Shown one piece after another: positions 62,696 through 64,000 of a stretch of 64,000 nt of DNA. Origin of the DNA: a bacterium. GTDB taxonomy: Bacteria; Patescibacteriota; Dojkabacteria; JAKAPS01. A program made the translations under genes and the position numbers. Below the pieces are notes generated by a model. It made no database searches. It was not told the origin of the DNA and was given only the letters and a program-made list of their open reading frames with translations. Location: NCBI GenBank assembly GCA_021806925.1, contig JAKAPS010000001.1:1237-65236 (forward strand), read 5' to 3'. Every line of letters begins with the position of its first letter. Position 1 is the stretch's first letter.

Positions 62696-63688
62696 TTAGA
62701 ATACTAACAATGATATTCCTACTCCAAATGCAATTGTTGCCCCACCTACTAAAATATAGTATGGTAGACTGAAACCAGTATTTGGCAATGTTCCACCAAC
62801 TGATATTGAAATAGTACAAGGTGAAGATAATGTATCACCATTAGCATCGGTTACACCTGCTAGTGAAATTGTGTATGTTTGACCTGACGATGGTGTGAAC
62901 GTTACTGAAGAATTAGATGTACCGCTAGGAACAAGTGTTGTAGATGTTGGACTAACACTCCATACTGCATTTGTATAACTTATAGGAGAGGATGAGCTTG
63001 ATGTGATTCCTGATTCAATAGTTAACTGAGAATTTGCCGCAACGCTAGACGCTGAAGTTAACGTATTCCCATTTTGTGATAATGTAAATTGGTTACAAGC
63101 AAGGGATGATACACTACCAGTTACCGATGGTGTAGGTGTGCCTGACGTTGTATTTGTAGGAGTAGCACTTATTGTTTGAGTTGTGGTTGGTGTTGTACTG
63201 GTAGTTGATGTTGCTACTGGTCCTGCGGTAGGCAAAAGACCTGATGTACACTGAGATGAATTCAAACTGCTTGTTACAACTATATTCCCCTTATTTCCTG
63301 ATTTATCTACTACATATATTGATGCGTTATATTCATCAGTTCCATTTGCACTACTAAATACGTATTGCCCCTGATTAGCAGGAACAGGTCCAAATGGAAT
63401 TGGCTGAGAACTTGAAGAACTCAAATCATTAATATCGCCCATCACACTGTATGAACTGGATGTTTGTGATGGAACAGACCATTCAACAGTTAGTGAATTA
63501 TTAGATGTAGATGATGAACAAACAATACTGTAAGAAGTCAGCTGAGGAATATTTGATGTATTCGCAGATTGAGAACTTTGGTTCTTTTTATTTAAATTTA
63601 AAATGTATACTGCTGATAATATACTTCCTAGTACAATAACAACAGCTACTACAGCAATAACTACAAAAAGAACTTTCTGATTTTTCAT
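62696..63688 (-). CDS. Ser/Thr-rich surface protein with FN3/Ig-like domains and an LPxTG-like C-terminus
   Basis: N-terminal TM, LTVEWS...VDKSGN, Thr-rich linker, second beta domain, LPNTG plus hydrophobic tail. Confidence 0.75.
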   Translation of the reverse strand: MKNQKVLFVVIAVVAVVIVLGSILSAVYILNLNKKNQSSQSANTSNIPQLTSYSIVCSSSTSNNSLTVEWSVPSQTSSSYSVMGDINDLSSSSSQPIPFGPVPANQGQYVFSSANGTDEYNASIYVVDKSGNKGNIVVTSSLNSSQCTSGLLPTAGPVATSTTSTTPTTTQTISATPTNTTSGTPTPSVTGSVSSLACNQFTLSQNGNTLTSASSVAANSQLTIESGITSSSSSPISYTNAVWSVSPTSTTLVPSGTSNSSVTFTPSSGQTYTISLAGVTDANGDTLSSPCTISISVGGTLPNTGFSLPYYILVGGATIAFGVGISLLVF

Positions 63689-63751
63689 AAAAACAAATAC
63701 TCTGCAATCATATTATTGCAAAAAGATGCAAATAGTCAACTTTTATATTTT

Positions 63752-64000
63752 CTAGTTATTACTCGACGCATATTTCTGAATATTTAATAAATGTCCTTGA
63801 AGAGATGTCGCAAAGTGTAAAACTCCGTTCGAATCAGAAACAAAGTAAAGGTAATTACTTTTGGGACTATTTAAACAATCATAAAAATCAGTAGCAGATA
63901 TTGAAGATATTGGTGTTGGAGGAAGTCCTGTGTTTATTCTTAAGTTATATGGTTCATCCTGCAATAATTCACTTTGAGAAATATTAGGACTCCACCATGT
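63752..64000 (-). CDS. mltG: Endolytic transglycosylase MltG, C-terminal part; gene starts beyond the window end
   Basis: PYNLRINTGLPPTPISS, YLYFVSD, HFATSLQGH; the frame is open to position 64000. Confidence 0.88.
   Translation of the reverse strand, partial: TWWSPNISQSELLQDEPYNLRINTGLPPTPISSISATDFYDCLNSPKSNYLYFVSDSNGVLHFATSLQGHLLNIQKYASSNN

Overview
AT-rich, gene-dense bacterial chromosome segment using the standard genetic code. Its content suggests Patescibacteria (CPR), which is an inference: archaeal-type TyrRS, long ThyX, class I aldolase, CPR-type PrgI/VirB4/pilin cluster, leaderless-looking genes and a tRNA without encoded CCA. Housekeeping genes include thyX, tyrS, queA, rpiB, rpe, rpoD, rpsT, rnhB, lepA, pcrA, rnhA, holA, mltG and tRNA-Ala(CGC). 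The standout is an F-type ATPase locus (atpF-H-A-G-D-C, 25156-30420) with no subunit a and no free-standing subunit c in the window. Upstream lies a 673-aa secreted multi-Ig-domain protein (21459-23480) whose C-terminus is a clear subunit-c hairpin (KGLEAIGRNP loop) lacking the ion-binding carboxylate. This suggests an ion-uncoupled F1 motor whose rotor ring carries extracellular adhesin-like arms. An AAA-HTH-nuclease gene flanked by 43-bp palindromic direct repeats lies between that gene and atpF. Other notable items are a duplicated minimal T4SS-like module, two degenerate Clp ATPases, an ATP-grasp/protease/7TM cluster, a degenerate glutaredoxin-thioredoxin reductase, an unannotated 35-aa histone H1-like gene and a decayed accessory region beside the tRNA. 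All assignments come from motif recognition by eye; no searches were run.
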